A stretch of 64,000 nt of DNA from Thermoanaerobaculia bacterium (GCA_038245905.1 JBBRRY010000012.1:23322-87321), one strand, 5' to 3'. Positions 22,085 to 32,322 are shown, counted from the first letter of the stretch. The notes: generated by a model from the sequence alone, not told the origin. Numbers and translations are program-made.

Positions 22085-23224
22085 CTAGAGTTTCCCGAGG
22101 AGCGCGAGCACCCGCTCCGCCTCCCCCTCGTCGTTCCCGACGTGGGGCGAGAAACGCAGAAAGCCTTCGCGCGCCGAGACGACGACGTTCTCGTCCGCGA
22201 GGCGCTTCTGGAAATAGCGCGCGTCCTTGCCCGCGGGCGGGCGCGCCGCGAGGATGCCCGAACGCGGCGGACCGCCGAAAAGGACCGGCGCGAAGCCGAG
22301 GCGCGGGAGGCCGTCCACGAGGACCGCGAGCGTCCGTGCGATGCGCGCCTCGATCTCCGGGAACCCGAACTCGAGAAGGAGCGAGAGCGACGCCGCCAGC
22401 GCGTAGAGAGCAGGCGTCGGAAGAGCGCCGGGCTCGAACCGGGCTCCGTCGAAGCGGTACACGGGCTTCGGTGGGACACGGTAGTCCGCCCCGTGCGCGC
22501 GCTCGAGATTCATCCAGCCCGGCGGAGGCGTCAGGTGCGCGCGAAGCTCCGGCGTCGTGAAGAGAATCCCGCAGCCCTCGGGTCCGAGCATCCACTTGTG
22601 GCCGTCCGCCGACAGGAAGTCGACGTTCCAATTCGAAACGTTCACGCGCTGGGCGCCCACGCCCTGAATGGCGTCGAGACCGAAAAGGATTCCGCGCGAG
22701 CGGCAGAAGGCCCCGAGCGCTTCGACCGGAGCGCGAAAGCCCGTGTGGAACGCGACGAGGGAGACCGACACGACCCGCGTCGTGCCGTCGCAGGCGGCGG
22801 CGATGTCGTCCTCCGTGAACGCTCCGTCCCGGGTTGGCACGCGCCGCACGGACACCCCCTTCTTCTCGAGCGCGACCCACGGCGTGAGGTTCGCGGGAAA
22901 TTCGGAGGCCGTCGTGACGATGGAATCCCCCGGCAAAAGGTCGAGTCCCTGCGCGACGATGTCGAGACCCCACGTGGTGTTCGGCACGATCGAGATCGAG
23001 GCGGCGCCCCCGACGGAATCGTCGGCGCCGATCAGCCGCGCCGCGAGTGAGCGGACCTCGTCGGCCTTCCGGGGCCAGTCCTTCCAGTCGAGCCCGCCCC
23101 GAAGAGTGAGATTCGACGAATAGGCAGAGAGCGCCGCGGCGGCCCGCGCGGGTAGCGGGCACACCGCGGCATGGTTGAATTGAATAGAGGATTTCTTTGA
23201 AGGGAATTCGAGAAGGAAGTCCAC
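22085..23224 (-). CDS. Aminotransferase class V (cysteine desulfurase-like PLP enzyme)
   Basis: FNHAAVCP, DAIQGVG, DGHKWMLGPEG and LRFSPH. Confidence 0.85.
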   Translation of the reverse strand: MDFLLEFPSKKSSIQFNHAAVCPLPARAAAALSAYSSNLTLRGGLDWKDWPRKADEVRSLAARLIGADDSVGGAASISIVPNTTWGLDIVAQGLDLLPGDSIVTTASEFPANLTPWVALEKKGVSVRRVPTRDGAFTEDDIAAACDGTTRVVSVSLVAFHTGFRAPVEALGAFCRSRGILFGLDAIQGVGAQRVNVSNWNVDFLSADGHKWMLGPEGCGILFTTPELRAHLTPPPGWMNLERAHGADYRVPPKPVYRFDGARFEPGALPTPALYALAASLSLLLEFGFPEIEARIARTLAVLVDGLPRLGFAPVLFGGPPRSGILAARPPAGKDARYFQKRLADENVVVSAREGFLRFSPHVGNDEGEAERVLALLGKL

Positions 23225-23257
23225 GTGAGGCCCTCTTAACCTTCTAAGAAAATCTTC
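23187..23257. repeat. Dispersed motif, inverted pair spanning the aminotransferase start
   Basis: Plus strand GAGGATTTCTTTGAAGGG (23187-23204); minus strand GAAGATTTTCTTAGAAGGTTAAGAGGG (23231-23257). Confidence 0.7.
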
Positions 23258-23273
23258 GGTGCTCTTCCGACGT

Positions 23274-24446
23274 TCAAAAAGCCTTCTGTGCCTGGATGAA
23301 CCCGTCGAAGTTCCTCTTCACTTCTTCCATCGAGTCTCCGCCCGTTTTCTCGAGGAGCGCGTCCGCGAGGACGAACGCGAGCATGGCCTCGGCGATGACC
23401 CCGCATGCCGGGACGGCCGTCACGTCTGAGCGCTCGTAGGACGCGCGCTGCGGCTGCTTCGTGTCGATGTCCACAGACGGGAGGCCGTCCCGGAGCGTCG
23501 AGATCGGCTTCTGGTAGATCGTGGCGAGCACGTCTTCGCCGTTCGTGATCCCTCCCTCGAGGCCGCCCGCGCGATTCGACGCGCGCGAGAATCCGCGCTT
23601 CGTCTCCCAGAGGATGGCATCGTGCGCGAGAGAACCGCGCCGGAACGCGTTCGCGACTCCCTCCCCGAGCGACACGGCCTTCACGGACGGGATCGACATC
23701 AGGGCGCGGGCGATCCGCCCGTCGAGCTTGTCCTCCCACGAAACGTGCGAGCCGAGGCCTGTCGGCACGCCCCGCGCACCCACGAGAATCGTCCCGCCCA
23801 GCGTGTCGCCCGCTTTCGCCGCCGCGTCGACGGCATCCTTCATGGCCGTCTCGACGCTCCGGTCGACGAGACGAAACGGCGACGCTTCGTCGACCTTCTC
23901 GAGGTCCAGGAATCCATGCGGCCCGCTCGGCACCGCGACCTCGCCGATCGAAAGGACGCCGCTCCGGACGCGCAGGGAGAATGCGAGCAGCAGCTGCCGG
24001 CAGAGCGCGCCGGCCGCGACGCGCGCCGCGGATTCGCGCGCGCTCGCGCGCTCGAGGATGTCGCGCAGGTCGCGGCGGCCGTACTTCAGTCCGCCGGCGA
24101 GATCCGCGTGGCCGGGCCGCGGCGACGCGAGCCGGCGCTTGGCCGCGGCCTCGGGCTCGACCTCCAGGGCACCCATGACCTTCTCCCAGACTCCATGGTC
24201 GCGGTTCGCGATCTCGAAGGAAATCGGCCCGCCCAAGGTCTCCCCGCCGCGGAGACCCCCGGTGAAGCGCGCCTCGTCCTTCTCGATCTTCATGCGGCCG
24301 CCGCGTCCGTAGCCGTGCTGCCGCCGTGAGAGGTCGGCGTTCACCGCGGCGACATCGATCTTCAGACCGGCCGGCAGCCCGGTGACGAGGCCCGTCAGGA
24401 GCGGGCCGTGGGACTCGCCGGCGGTCTGGAGCGTGAGGCGCGGCAT
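23274..24446 (-). CDS. aroC: Chorismate synthase
   Basis: TAGESHG, PRPGHADL, ERASARES, GGLEGGITNG and ERSD. Confidence 0.96.
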   Translation of the reverse strand: MPRLTLQTAGESHGPLLTGLVTGLPAGLKIDVAAVNADLSRRQHGYGRGGRMKIEKDEARFTGGLRGGETLGGPISFEIANRDHGVWEKVMGALEVEPEAAAKRRLASPRPGHADLAGGLKYGRRDLRDILERASARESAARVAAGALCRQLLLAFSLRVRSGVLSIGEVAVPSGPHGFLDLEKVDEASPFRLVDRSVETAMKDAVDAAAKAGDTLGGTILVGARGVPTGLGSHVSWEDKLDGRIARALMSIPSVKAVSLGEGVANAFRRGSLAHDAILWETKRGFSRASNRAGGLEGGITNGEDVLATIYQKPISTLRDGLPSVDIDTKQPQRASYERSDVTAVPACGVIAEAMLAFVLADALLEKTGGDSMEEVKRNFDGFIQAQKAF

Positions 24447-24505
24447 GCGGGCGAAGTGTAGCGTCTCGAGGCCGGGACCCGCCCTCTTCCGTACACTCCA
24501 CCCTG

Positions 24506-25222
24506 ATGATCGAAGTCGAAGGCCTCGTCAAGGCGTACGAGAACGTCACGGCCGTGGACGGCCTGAGTTTCCATGTCGCGCGGGGAGAGGTCCTCGGACT
24601 CGTGGGCCCTAACGGTGCCGGGAAGACGACGACGCTGCGCTGCCTAGCGGGAATCCTGCCGCCGAACGCGGGCACGATCCGTCTCGCCGGGTTCGACCTC
24701 GTCACGCAGCCCGTGGAGTCGCGGCGGCGTCTCGCGTTCATGCCGGACGAGCCCCGCCTCTTCGAGTACCTGACCGTCGAGGACCACCTCGCCTTTACCG
24801 CGCGGATGTACGGAGTGGCGGACGCGGAGGCGCGTGCGCGCGTCCTCCTCGACGAGCTGGAGCTGGCGGGCAAGGAGCGCGCGCTGCCGGCCGAGCTCTC
24901 GAGGGGAATGAAACAGAAGCTCGTCGTGGCGTGCGGCCTGCTTCACGATCCCGAAGTCCTCGTCTTCGACGAGCCTCTCACGGGCATCGACCCGGGCGGT
25001 ATCCGGAAGATGAAACAGACGATCGTCCGCCGTGCGGCCGCGGGCGCCGCCGTCATCTTGTCGTCGCATCTGCTGCCGCTCGTCGAGGAGATCTGCGGGC
25101 GCGTCCTCGTCCTCTCGCGCGGGAGGGCCGTACTCGTCGGTACGCTCGACGAGATCCGCGCGGGCGCTGGCGGGGACGCCTCGCTCGAGGAAATCTTCCT
25201 GCGCGTCACGGGCGGCGCGTGA
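24506..25222 (+). CDS. ABC transporter ATP-binding protein
   Basis: GPNGAGKTT, LSRGMKQK, VFDEP and SSH. Confidence 0.93.
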   Translation: MIEVEGLVKAYENVTAVDGLSFHVARGEVLGLVGPNGAGKTTTLRCLAGILPPNAGTIRLAGFDLVTQPVESRRRLAFMPDEPRLFEYLTVEDHLAFTARMYGVADAEARARVLLDELELAGKERALPAELSRGMKQKLVVACGLLHDPEVLVFDEPLTGIDPGGIRKMKQTIVRRAAAGAAVILSSHLLPLVEEICGRVLVLSRGRAVLVGTLDEIRAGAGGDASLEEIFLRVTGGA

Positions 25223-27039
25223 CCGCACCCTCCGCGCCTCTTCCCCTCGCGCTCTTCGCCGCCGGGCGGATGCTCCGGAACGCCTCGCGAAGAAAGCTCG
25301 GGCGTCTGCGCGAGCCGCGGTACATGATCGGATTCCTCCTCGGAGCCGCTTATTTCGCGATGATCTTCACGAGGCCGGGGAGCCGGACTGGACGCGCGCC
25401 CGCGACCCTCGGGTTGCCCGCCCAATGGGGCGACATCCTTCTCCTGGCCGGAGCGGCCGCGCTGGCGGTCGTCACGCTCCTGTTCTGGCTCTTCCGCAAA
25501 GGCCAGCCGTCGCTCGGGCTCTCGGAGGCCGAGATCCAGTTCCTCTTCCCAGCCCCGGTTTCACGTCGCGCACTCCTTCACTACGCCCTCCTGAAGGCGC
25601 AGCTCCCCGTGCTCTTCAGCGCGCTGATCATCACCGTCGTGTCGGGCCGCCGTGGGGGCGGCACGGCAATTTTGACGGGCGCCGGTCTCTGGCTGCTCCT
25701 GACCGCGACCCACTTCCACAACCTCGCCCTCGCGTTCACGAAGGCGCGCTGGGACGAGCTTTCGAAAACGGCGGGCCGCGCGAGCAAGGCCGCCGCATTC
25801 GTCGCCACCGTCGGCACGCTCGCCATGCTCCTCGTGAGCATCGGGGCAGGCATCCTCGCGGCAGCGTCCGGTCTCAAAAGCGGTTCGGCCGCGTCCCTCG
25901 GCGAGTTCGCCTTCGCGCTCCAAAACGGGCCCTTCGGCGCTCTTCCGTTCGCGGTCCTCGCACCGTTCCGCTGGATCCTCGCCCCGCTTCTCGCGCCAGA
26001 CATGCCGGCGTTCGGACGTGCGCTCCCTCCGGCGCTCTCACTCATCGCGATCCTCTATGCCTGGGTCGCACGGATCGCGGTCCGCTTCGAAGAGGCGACC
26101 CTCGCGCAGGCCGGCAGGCGCGCGACCCTGCGTGCCCGCCGCGCGGCGGGCCGCATCGAGGCGGTGGTGTCCGAGAAGCATCGCGGCCACATGCCGTTCG
26201 CCCTCGCGCCGCGGGGCCGGTCCGAGCTCGCCATCGTGTGGAAGAACCTCCTCGCCTGGAAACGCACGAGCCTCGCCCGCCAGGCCGTCGTCGTGGGCTT
26301 TATGGCCGCCGCGTTCTTCGCGGCGTCCTCCTTTTTGAAGGCGCCCTCCGCCGACGCCGCAGCAGCGATGGGAAGCATGACGTGCCTCGGATTGACCGCG
26401 CTCCTCGCCCTCGTCACGCCGCTTGGCTTACGGATCGACTTGCGCGGCGATCTCGAGTACGCCGCGGTACTCAAGACCTGGCCGCTCCCGGCCGAGCGTC
26501 TCGTCCTCGCCGAGCTCGGTGCGCCCGCCCTCGTCGCCGTTCTCTATAGCTGGGGAGGGATCGCGATCGCCCTCGCGATCGCGTCGGGTCGTGCGGCACG
26601 GGCGGCGCTTTTGGGAACGGCCGTCACGGTGCCATGGGTCTCCTTCCAGCGGTTCGACGTAGTCGTGCCCGTCGCACTGACGTTGGCCGTCTTCGTGCCC
26701 AGCCTCGTCGCGCTCGCACTCGTGGTCCAGAACGCGTCCGTCCTCGCCTTCCCCGCCTGGTTTCCCGCGGGCCGCAAGCGCGCCGTCGGTCTCGAGCAGT
26801 CGGGCCTCCGCATGCTGTCGTTCCTCGGCACGTCTCTCGTTCTCGCCCTCGCTCTCGTCCCGGCGGCCCTCCTCGCCGGACCGCTGATCTTCTTCACGTT
26901 CTCATCCCTCGGCTTTTGGTCCCTGCCCATCGCCGCTGTTCTCGCCGCCCTGCCGGTCCTCGCCGAAGCGGCGGGAGGCGTGTTCCTCCTCGCCCGGCTG
27001 TTCGAGCGATTCAATCCGGCCCGGGACCTCAGTTCGTGA
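25219..27039 (+). CDS. Putative ABC exporter permease
   Basis: Polytopic membrane protein coupled to the ATPase; EAEIQFLFPAPVSRRALLHY. Confidence 0.8.
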   Translation: MTAPSAPLPLALFAAGRMLRNASRRKLGRLREPRYMIGFLLGAAYFAMIFTRPGSRTGRAPATLGLPAQWGDILLLAGAAALAVVTLLFWLFRKGQPSLGLSEAEIQFLFPAPVSRRALLHYALLKAQLPVLFSALIITVVSGRRGGGTAILTGAGLWLLLTATHFHNLALAFTKARWDELSKTAGRASKAAAFVATVGTLAMLLVSIGAGILAAASGLKSGSAASLGEFAFALQNGPFGALPFAVLAPFRWILAPLLAPDMPAFGRALPPALSLIAILYAWVARIAVRFEEATLAQAGRRATLRARRAAGRIEAVVSEKHRGHMPFALAPRGRSELAIVWKNLLAWKRTSLARQAVVVGFMAAAFFAASSFLKAPSADAAAAMGSMTCLGLTALLALVTPLGLRIDLRGDLEYAAVLKTWPLPAERLVLAELGAPALVAVLYSWGGIAIALAIASGRAARAALLGTAVTVPWVSFQRFDVVVPVALTLAVFVPSLVALALVVQNASVLAFPAWFPAGRKRAVGLEQSGLRMLSFLGTSLVLALALVPAALLAGPLIFFTFSSLGFWSLPIAAVLAALPVLAEAAGGVFLLARLFERFNPARDLSS

Positions 27040-27068
27040 AAGCCCGTTTTCTGACAGAATGCGGCCCT

Positions 27069-27731
27069 ATGCCGAGCCCCCTCTCCTTGCCCGTGCGCGA
27101 CGCCCTCGAGCTCATCGCCGAATCGAAGGCTCCCGCGTACGGGATGGATCGCCACGACCGGATCGTCTACTGGAACGAAGGAGCCGAGAAGGCCCTCGGC
27201 TGGTCGCCCGAGGACGTCCTCGGAAAAATGTGTTTCGACGTCCTTGCCGGGCGCGACGTCTTCGGCAACCTCTACTGCACGAGGGAGTGCCCCGTCGTCG
27301 TTTCCGCCATCGCGGGCGACGACGTGCGGCCTTACCTTCTCGACGTGAAGAAGAAGGGGTCCGCCTCCGTGAAGCTCATCGTCCGCGCCGTGCCGCTGCC
27401 CGCGCCGGGACCCTCGTTCGCGGTTCTCATGCACTTTCTCGAGAGCGAGGGGCCCGCTCTCGACAATCTCATCTCCGCGCTGCGCTCGGCCGTGCGCCTG
27501 CCGGACGGCCTCCCTCCCGTCGATCCTCCAATTTCCGTTTCCCCCCTCAGCGGCCGCGAGAGGGAGATCGTGATGCTGCTCTCGAACGGCTATGCGGCGC
27601 TCAACATCGCGGCAAAGCTGAACCTCTCCCACGCGACGGTGAGGAACCACATCCAGAACGTCCTTCGGAAGCTCGAGGTACACAGCCAGGTCGAGGCCGT
27701 GTCGCTCGCGTTCCGGCGCGGCTGGATCTGA
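27069..27731 (+). CDS. PAS plus LuxR-type HTH one-component regulator with a Cys-rich PAS
   Basis: IVYWNEGAEKALGW (PAS), CFDV...CTRECP, and LSGREREIV...IAAKLNLSHATVRNH. Confidence 0.88.
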   Translation: MPSPLSLPVRDALELIAESKAPAYGMDRHDRIVYWNEGAEKALGWSPEDVLGKMCFDVLAGRDVFGNLYCTRECPVVVSAIAGDDVRPYLLDVKKKGSASVKLIVRAVPLPAPGPSFAVLMHFLESEGPALDNLISALRSAVRLPDGLPPVDPPISVSPLSGREREIVMLLSNGYAALNIAAKLNLSHATVRNHIQNVLRKLEVHSQVEAVSLAFRRGWI

Positions 27732-27753
27732 CCTCCGGACCCGGTCGTTTCCC

Positions 27754-28692
27754 TCAAGTCCCCGGGCGGATTCCCCTCTGAAGGACCTCCAGGGTGCCGG
27801 CGCGCGTGAACGCGCGGGAGTCTTCCCTCTTTTCGAGGCTCATGCTTCCCCGGATCTCGTCCAGCGAGGAATGGCCGTGAGCCTCGAGCCACTGCTCGAT
27901 CTCCCGGCGCACGACGCCGAGGTGCCCGGGCCCGTGAAGCAGGAGAGCCGAGACCATCTGAACGGCGTCCGCCCCCGCCAGAATCGCCTTCAGCGCGTCC
28001 GCTCCCGTATGCACGCCCCCCGTCACGGCGAGTGACAGGTCCACGCGGCCGGAGAGCATCGCGATCCAGTAGAGCCGCGACAGGAGCTCGGCCGAGCTCG
28101 ACAGCCTGAGGTCCGGCTTCACCTCGAGCGTCTCGAGGTCGATGTCGGGCTGGTAGCTGCGATTGAACAGGATGAGCCCGTTCACACCGATCTCCTCGAG
28201 CTGCCGCGCGAGCGACGGAATCGAGGAAAAGTAGGGAAAGATCTTCACCGCGACCGGAATCGAGACGAGCGACCGCACCGCGCGGACCGTGTCGAGCGTG
28301 TAGGCCTCGAGCGTCGCGCCGCTCGTCCAGAGGTTCGTCGAGAGGTGATAGAGGTTCAGCTCGAGGGCGTCGGCCCCGGCCTGCTCGACGAGCGCCGCAA
28401 ACGAGGTCCAGCCTTCATCGGTCGTCCCGTTGAGCGACGCGATGACCGGAACGTGGACCGATTCCTTGACCCGGTTCACGTGCTCGAGGTAGCCGACGGG
28501 ATCCGAGGTCGAGCGCTCGGCGCGGAGGGGATCAGCCGCGATCTGCTCTTCGTAGAGCGAGTGGAGGACGATGGCCGGCGCCCCCGCATCCTCGAGGCGC
28601 AGGATCGAATCCATTTCGGCGGTGAGGGGGCACGCTCCCGGGACGAGAGGGTGAGCCAGCTTGAGTCCGAGGTAAGCGGTTGTGAGATCCAC
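27754..28692 (-). CDS. Dihydroorotate dehydrogenase-like FMN protein
   Basis: DLTTAYLGLKLAHP, SLYEEQI, VIASLNG, ADALELN, LFNR and TGGVH. Confidence 0.85.
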   Translation of the reverse strand: MDLTTAYLGLKLAHPLVPGACPLTAEMDSILRLEDAGAPAIVLHSLYEEQIAADPLRAERSTSDPVGYLEHVNRVKESVHVPVIASLNGTTDEGWTSFAALVEQAGADALELNLYHLSTNLWTSGATLEAYTLDTVRAVRSLVSIPVAVKIFPYFSSIPSLARQLEEIGVNGLILFNRSYQPDIDLETLEVKPDLRLSSSAELLSRLYWIAMLSGRVDLSLAVTGGVHTGADALKAILAGADAVQMVSALLLHGPGHLGVVRREIEQWLEAHGHSSLDEIRGSMSLEKREDSRAFTRAGTLEVLQRGIRPGT

Positions 28693-28757
28693 AGCATCCC
28701 AAGGGTGGCGCCTGAGGGATCACACTCCCATGATGCACATGTTTCAAAGCGGAGCGA

Positions 28758-30212
28758 TCACTTCACACCGAGCTCCGCGAGCACCTTTGGGTTCGCCTCG
28801 TCCTGCGCGAGCACGGAGTGGCAGGCGTCGCACTCGGCCGAGATGACACGCCCGTCTTTCGCCTTGTGGCTGCCGTCATGACAGCGGAAGCAGCCGGGGG
28901 AGTCGTCGTGCCCGATGTGGTTCGGGTGCGTGCCCCACGTGAGACGCATGTATGGGAAGACGTTGCGTCCATAGATGCGCTGGGCCTCTCCGACGGCCGT
29001 CTCGACCGCGGCGCGTCGTGACTGGTAGACGTCCGGGTACGCCGTCCTGTAGTACTCCGCGAGGTCTTTCGCGATGCTCTCGAAGGCGGCCTCGCGCGTC
29101 GGGTACTCCTTCTTGAGGACCTCGACGGCCTTCTTGCGAAGGAACGGCAGGTCCGGGCTCATCGCGCCGCTCGCCATCGCCTCGTTCACGGCCCTCTCCG
29201 GCAGCTGGTAGGCGTGAGTGGGCCGGTTGTGGCAGTCGATGCAATCCATCGTGCGCCTCTCGGCGACCGCTTTCTGCACCTCGGTCATCTTCGTGTCCGT
29301 CGACGTATAGACGACCGTCTTCCCGTCGTCGTCTATGTAGTTCACGATCGGGATCACCTCGCGGCGCTTGTCTGCCGTGACGTAGGTGATGCGCGCCTTG
29401 TCGTCGAGGTGGCGCCCGTGGATCCCAACCGCGCTGGTGCCCGACAGGCCCCCGACCTTCAAGAGGAGGACGGTCTTCGTGACGCTGTTCTTCTCGTCAT
29501 CGCCGTACTTCGTGATGATCTTCAGCTTCTCGCCCGAGAACCGCTGCGGCCAGTGGCACTGCTCGCACGTCGCGCGCGCGGGACGCAGCGTGTGGACGGG
29601 AGACGGGATCGGCCGCGCGTAGGTCCCGAAGACGACGGCGACGACCTGCCGCACGCCGTCGATCTTCGCCTTGACCGCCCAGGAGGCGCCGGGACCGATG
29701 TGGCAGCTCGTGCACGCGACGCGCGAGTGCGGCGAGTTGAGGTACGCCCCGTACTCGGGGGCCATGACCTTGTGACACGTGAGGCCGCAGAAGCGCGACG
29801 TATCCATGTACTCGGCGCCCGTGTACGCCGAGAACGTCAGGATGACGACGTTGAGCACCGTGAGGAGAGCCACGACGAAGCCGAAGCGCCTGAGGTCCGG
29901 ATCCTTCAGGTCGACCGTCGGATATACGGACGGCAGCGTCCCCGCGGCCTTCAGGCGCCGACGCTCGAGGAAGATCCCGATCGGGATCAGGACGAGGCCG
30001 AAGAGGAAGACGAACGGGAGGCCGAGGATGAAGATGATGCCCGCGTATGGATGGATCGGCCTCGTGGCCATCGCCTCGATGATCCAGAACCCGATCATCG
30101 AGAAGATGGCTCCGGTCGTGAGGATGGCACCGAAGATGGACAGGCGGTTGCGGCCGAGGAACAGAACGGGCCGGATCAACCGCGCCGCGAGGCCGGCGGG
30201 CTCTGGGGTCAT
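28758..30212 (-). CDS. NapC/NirT-family inner-membrane multiheme cytochrome (ImcH-like)
   Basis: Three N-terminal TM segments; CGLTCH (CX3CH), CTSCH, CEQCH, CIDCH, CFRCH and CDACH. Confidence 0.85.
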   Translation of the reverse strand: MTPEPAGLAARLIRPVLFLGRNRLSIFGAILTTGAIFSMIGFWIIEAMATRPIHPYAGIIFILGLPFVFLFGLVLIPIGIFLERRRLKAAGTLPSVYPTVDLKDPDLRRFGFVVALLTVLNVVILTFSAYTGAEYMDTSRFCGLTCHKVMAPEYGAYLNSPHSRVACTSCHIGPGASWAVKAKIDGVRQVVAVVFGTYARPIPSPVHTLRPARATCEQCHWPQRFSGEKLKIITKYGDDEKNSVTKTVLLLKVGGLSGTSAVGIHGRHLDDKARITYVTADKRREVIPIVNYIDDDGKTVVYTSTDTKMTEVQKAVAERRTMDCIDCHNRPTHAYQLPERAVNEAMASGAMSPDLPFLRKKAVEVLKKEYPTREAAFESIAKDLAEYYRTAYPDVYQSRRAAVETAVGEAQRIYGRNVFPYMRLTWGTHPNHIGHDDSPGCFRCHDGSHKAKDGRVISAECDACHSVLAQDEANPKVLAELGVK

Positions 30213-30237
30213 GAATTCCCTCCTTCGGGTGCCGGAA

Positions 30238-31083
30238 TCAGCTCAGGAGCGCGTAGAGCGTGAATGATACGAGGAGCAGGCCGATGGCGACGGCGACGGT
30301 GCCGATGACCCGCCCGCGCTTCAGGAAGTACGGGTCGGGCGCCGGCGCGGCGATCCGCTCGAGGTCGCCGTCCGCTACGAGCCGGGCATATTCGGCAGGA
30401 CGCTCGTGGCGAAGCTCGTCCAAGGGCAGCACTCCCGTGAAAATCACGGTGTCCATCGGGAACTTCTCGGGCCGGAGGTGCCCGTTGAAGAAATGAACCG
30501 TGAAGATGAAAACGGTGGCGAGAAGCGCTTCCTCGCCGTGAATGAGAAGCGCCACGTTGAAGAGATCGCCGGGCAGGAACCGGGCCCAGAACTTCGGAAA
30601 CCAGAGGATGAGACCCGAGCCGCCGATGATCCCCATCCCCCAGAACACGGCCCAGTAGTCGAATTTTTCCCAATAGCTGTACCGGTCGAACGCGGGCCGC
30701 GGGCCCCGGCCGACGAACCAGCGGACGTGTCCGATGAGCTGCCCGAGATCCTCGGGCCGCGGCACCATCGAACGTGGGCCCCAGAGAATTCCATAGTCAC
30801 GGTCGCCGAAAATCTTCTTCAGGAGGCGGGCGAGGTGCAGTCCGAACGTCAGCAGCATGCACGCGGCGAAGACGCGGTGCAGGAAACCCGCCGCCTGGAA
30901 GCCTCCCACGACGCGGGAGAGCTGCGCGGCCCAGGCGCGGTTGGAGAAGAGGAGCGGGAGCCCCGTGAAGGAGAGCCCGAGGAAGCTCGTCATGAGGAGG
31001 CCATGGAGCGAGCGGTCGTAGCCGTCGAACCGCTTGACCCAGACCGGCGGTGCCGGCGCCGAAGGAGGCTCTTCGGACATCAT
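30238..31083 (-). CDS. Cytochrome b subunit (FdnI/HydC-like, resembling the CbcL b-domain)
   Basis: TM helices with His residues (SLHG, FLHR, GLHL, LIHG, TVHF); YSYWEKFDYWAVFWG and HLRPEKFPMD. Confidence 0.85.
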   Translation of the reverse strand: MMSEEPPSAPAPPVWVKRFDGYDRSLHGLLMTSFLGLSFTGLPLLFSNRAWAAQLSRVVGGFQAAGFLHRVFAACMLLTFGLHLARLLKKIFGDRDYGILWGPRSMVPRPEDLGQLIGHVRWFVGRGPRPAFDRYSYWEKFDYWAVFWGMGIIGGSGLILWFPKFWARFLPGDLFNVALLIHGEEALLATVFIFTVHFFNGHLRPEKFPMDTVIFTGVLPLDELRHERPAEYARLVADGDLERIAAPAPDPYFLKRGRVIGTVAVAIGLLLVSFTLYALLS

Positions 31084-32312
31084 GCTTCTCCGTTCTTCTT
31101 CGCGTCCCCGTCCCGGCGTGCCTTCACCGAGCGCGGGAACCAGAGCACCGTATGAATCCCGAAGAAGGCGAAGACGCCCACGAGCAGGATCTTCATGAAG
31201 AGCGAGGTCGCCCAGAGCAGCTGGCTCCGGCCCCGGTCACGCGTGTCGGCGTGCGGGTCGTATTTCACGAAGCTCGCCCCGACTCCGGGATGGCATTTCT
31301 GGCAGGTCGCGAGACGCTTCGCGGGTCCCACGGACGAGCGCGGATCGCCGGCCGGGTGGATCTCGTGCGCGGTATGACAGTCCGCGCACGTCGCCACACG
31401 CGAGAAGCCCATGGCGCTGACCTGGCCGTGATAGGTGTCGCGATAGGTCTTGAGCTGGCGCTCGTGACAGCCGCCGCACTCCCGGAGGATCGCGAGCCGG
31501 CGAGTGTCCGATCCTGCCGCGATCGCATGGGCGGAATGGCAGTCGGAGCAGACCGGGACGCTCGCGTTGCCCTTCGCGAGCTGCTCGCCGTGGATCGAGG
31601 TCGCGTACTCGTCGAGAATCTTCGAGTGGCACGAGCCGCAGGTCGACGGCACGTGCGCCCGCGCGACGGTGCTCTTCGGGTCGCGCTTCGGGCTGCGGAT
31701 CTCGTGGTAGCCGTGGCAGGTGGCGCAGTTCGGCGCGATCTTGAGGCCCGATTTCTCGAGAGCCTTGCCGTGGATCGAATCGCGGAAGCTGATCGGCTCG
31801 CTTCCGTCGATCCCGCCCGCGCGCGGGAAAATCTTCGCGTCGCCGTGGCAACGCATGCATGTCGCGGGGAGGTTGAAGTGGTTCGTCCGCGAGGCCGGGT
31901 CCTTCGAAGGCTTGATGTCGTGGGCGCCGTGGCAGTCCGCGCACCAGGCGGCTTTGCTCAGCGGGCTCTTGGCGCGCGAGGCCGCGTGCCAGCTCTTGCC
32001 GTAGTCCTCGACCTGCTGGGCGTGGCAGCCCGAGCAGTCGGGCTTCGCGAGCCTTTCCGGGTGCGGGAAGTCCACGGTCTTCGCGAGATCGGTGTGGCAG
32101 TCGACACAAGCGGCGCCGACGACCCCATGCACCGAGTTTTCGAAGACCTTCTTGTCTACGAAGATCGAGGACCCGTTCGCCCTCTTGGCGGACGGGTCCT
32201 CGTGGCAGGCGAGACAGTCGTCGTTGGCGGGAGGCTTCGGAGGCGTGGGAGCCGCCGCCCGGAGGGGGGCGGCCGTGAAAAGTAACGCGGCGAGTACGCC
32301 CCCGAGCCTCAT
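31080..32312 (-). CDS. Periplasmic 11-heme cytochrome c with a C-terminal membrane anchor
   Basis: Signal peptide; 11 CxxCH motifs counted; C-terminal TM ILLVGVFAFFGIH; overlaps the cytochrome b start. Confidence 0.9.
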   Translation of the reverse strand: MRLGGVLAALLFTAAPLRAAAPTPPKPPANDDCLACHEDPSAKRANGSSIFVDKKVFENSVHGVVGAACVDCHTDLAKTVDFPHPERLAKPDCSGCHAQQVEDYGKSWHAASRAKSPLSKAAWCADCHGAHDIKPSKDPASRTNHFNLPATCMRCHGDAKIFPRAGGIDGSEPISFRDSIHGKALEKSGLKIAPNCATCHGYHEIRSPKRDPKSTVARAHVPSTCGSCHSKILDEYATSIHGEQLAKGNASVPVCSDCHSAHAIAAGSDTRRLAILRECGGCHERQLKTYRDTYHGQVSAMGFSRVATCADCHTAHEIHPAGDPRSSVGPAKRLATCQKCHPGVGASFVKYDPHADTRDRGRSQLLWATSLFMKILLVGVFAFFGIHTVLWFPRSVKARRDGDAKKNGEA

Positions 32313-32322
32313 CCGCACTATT

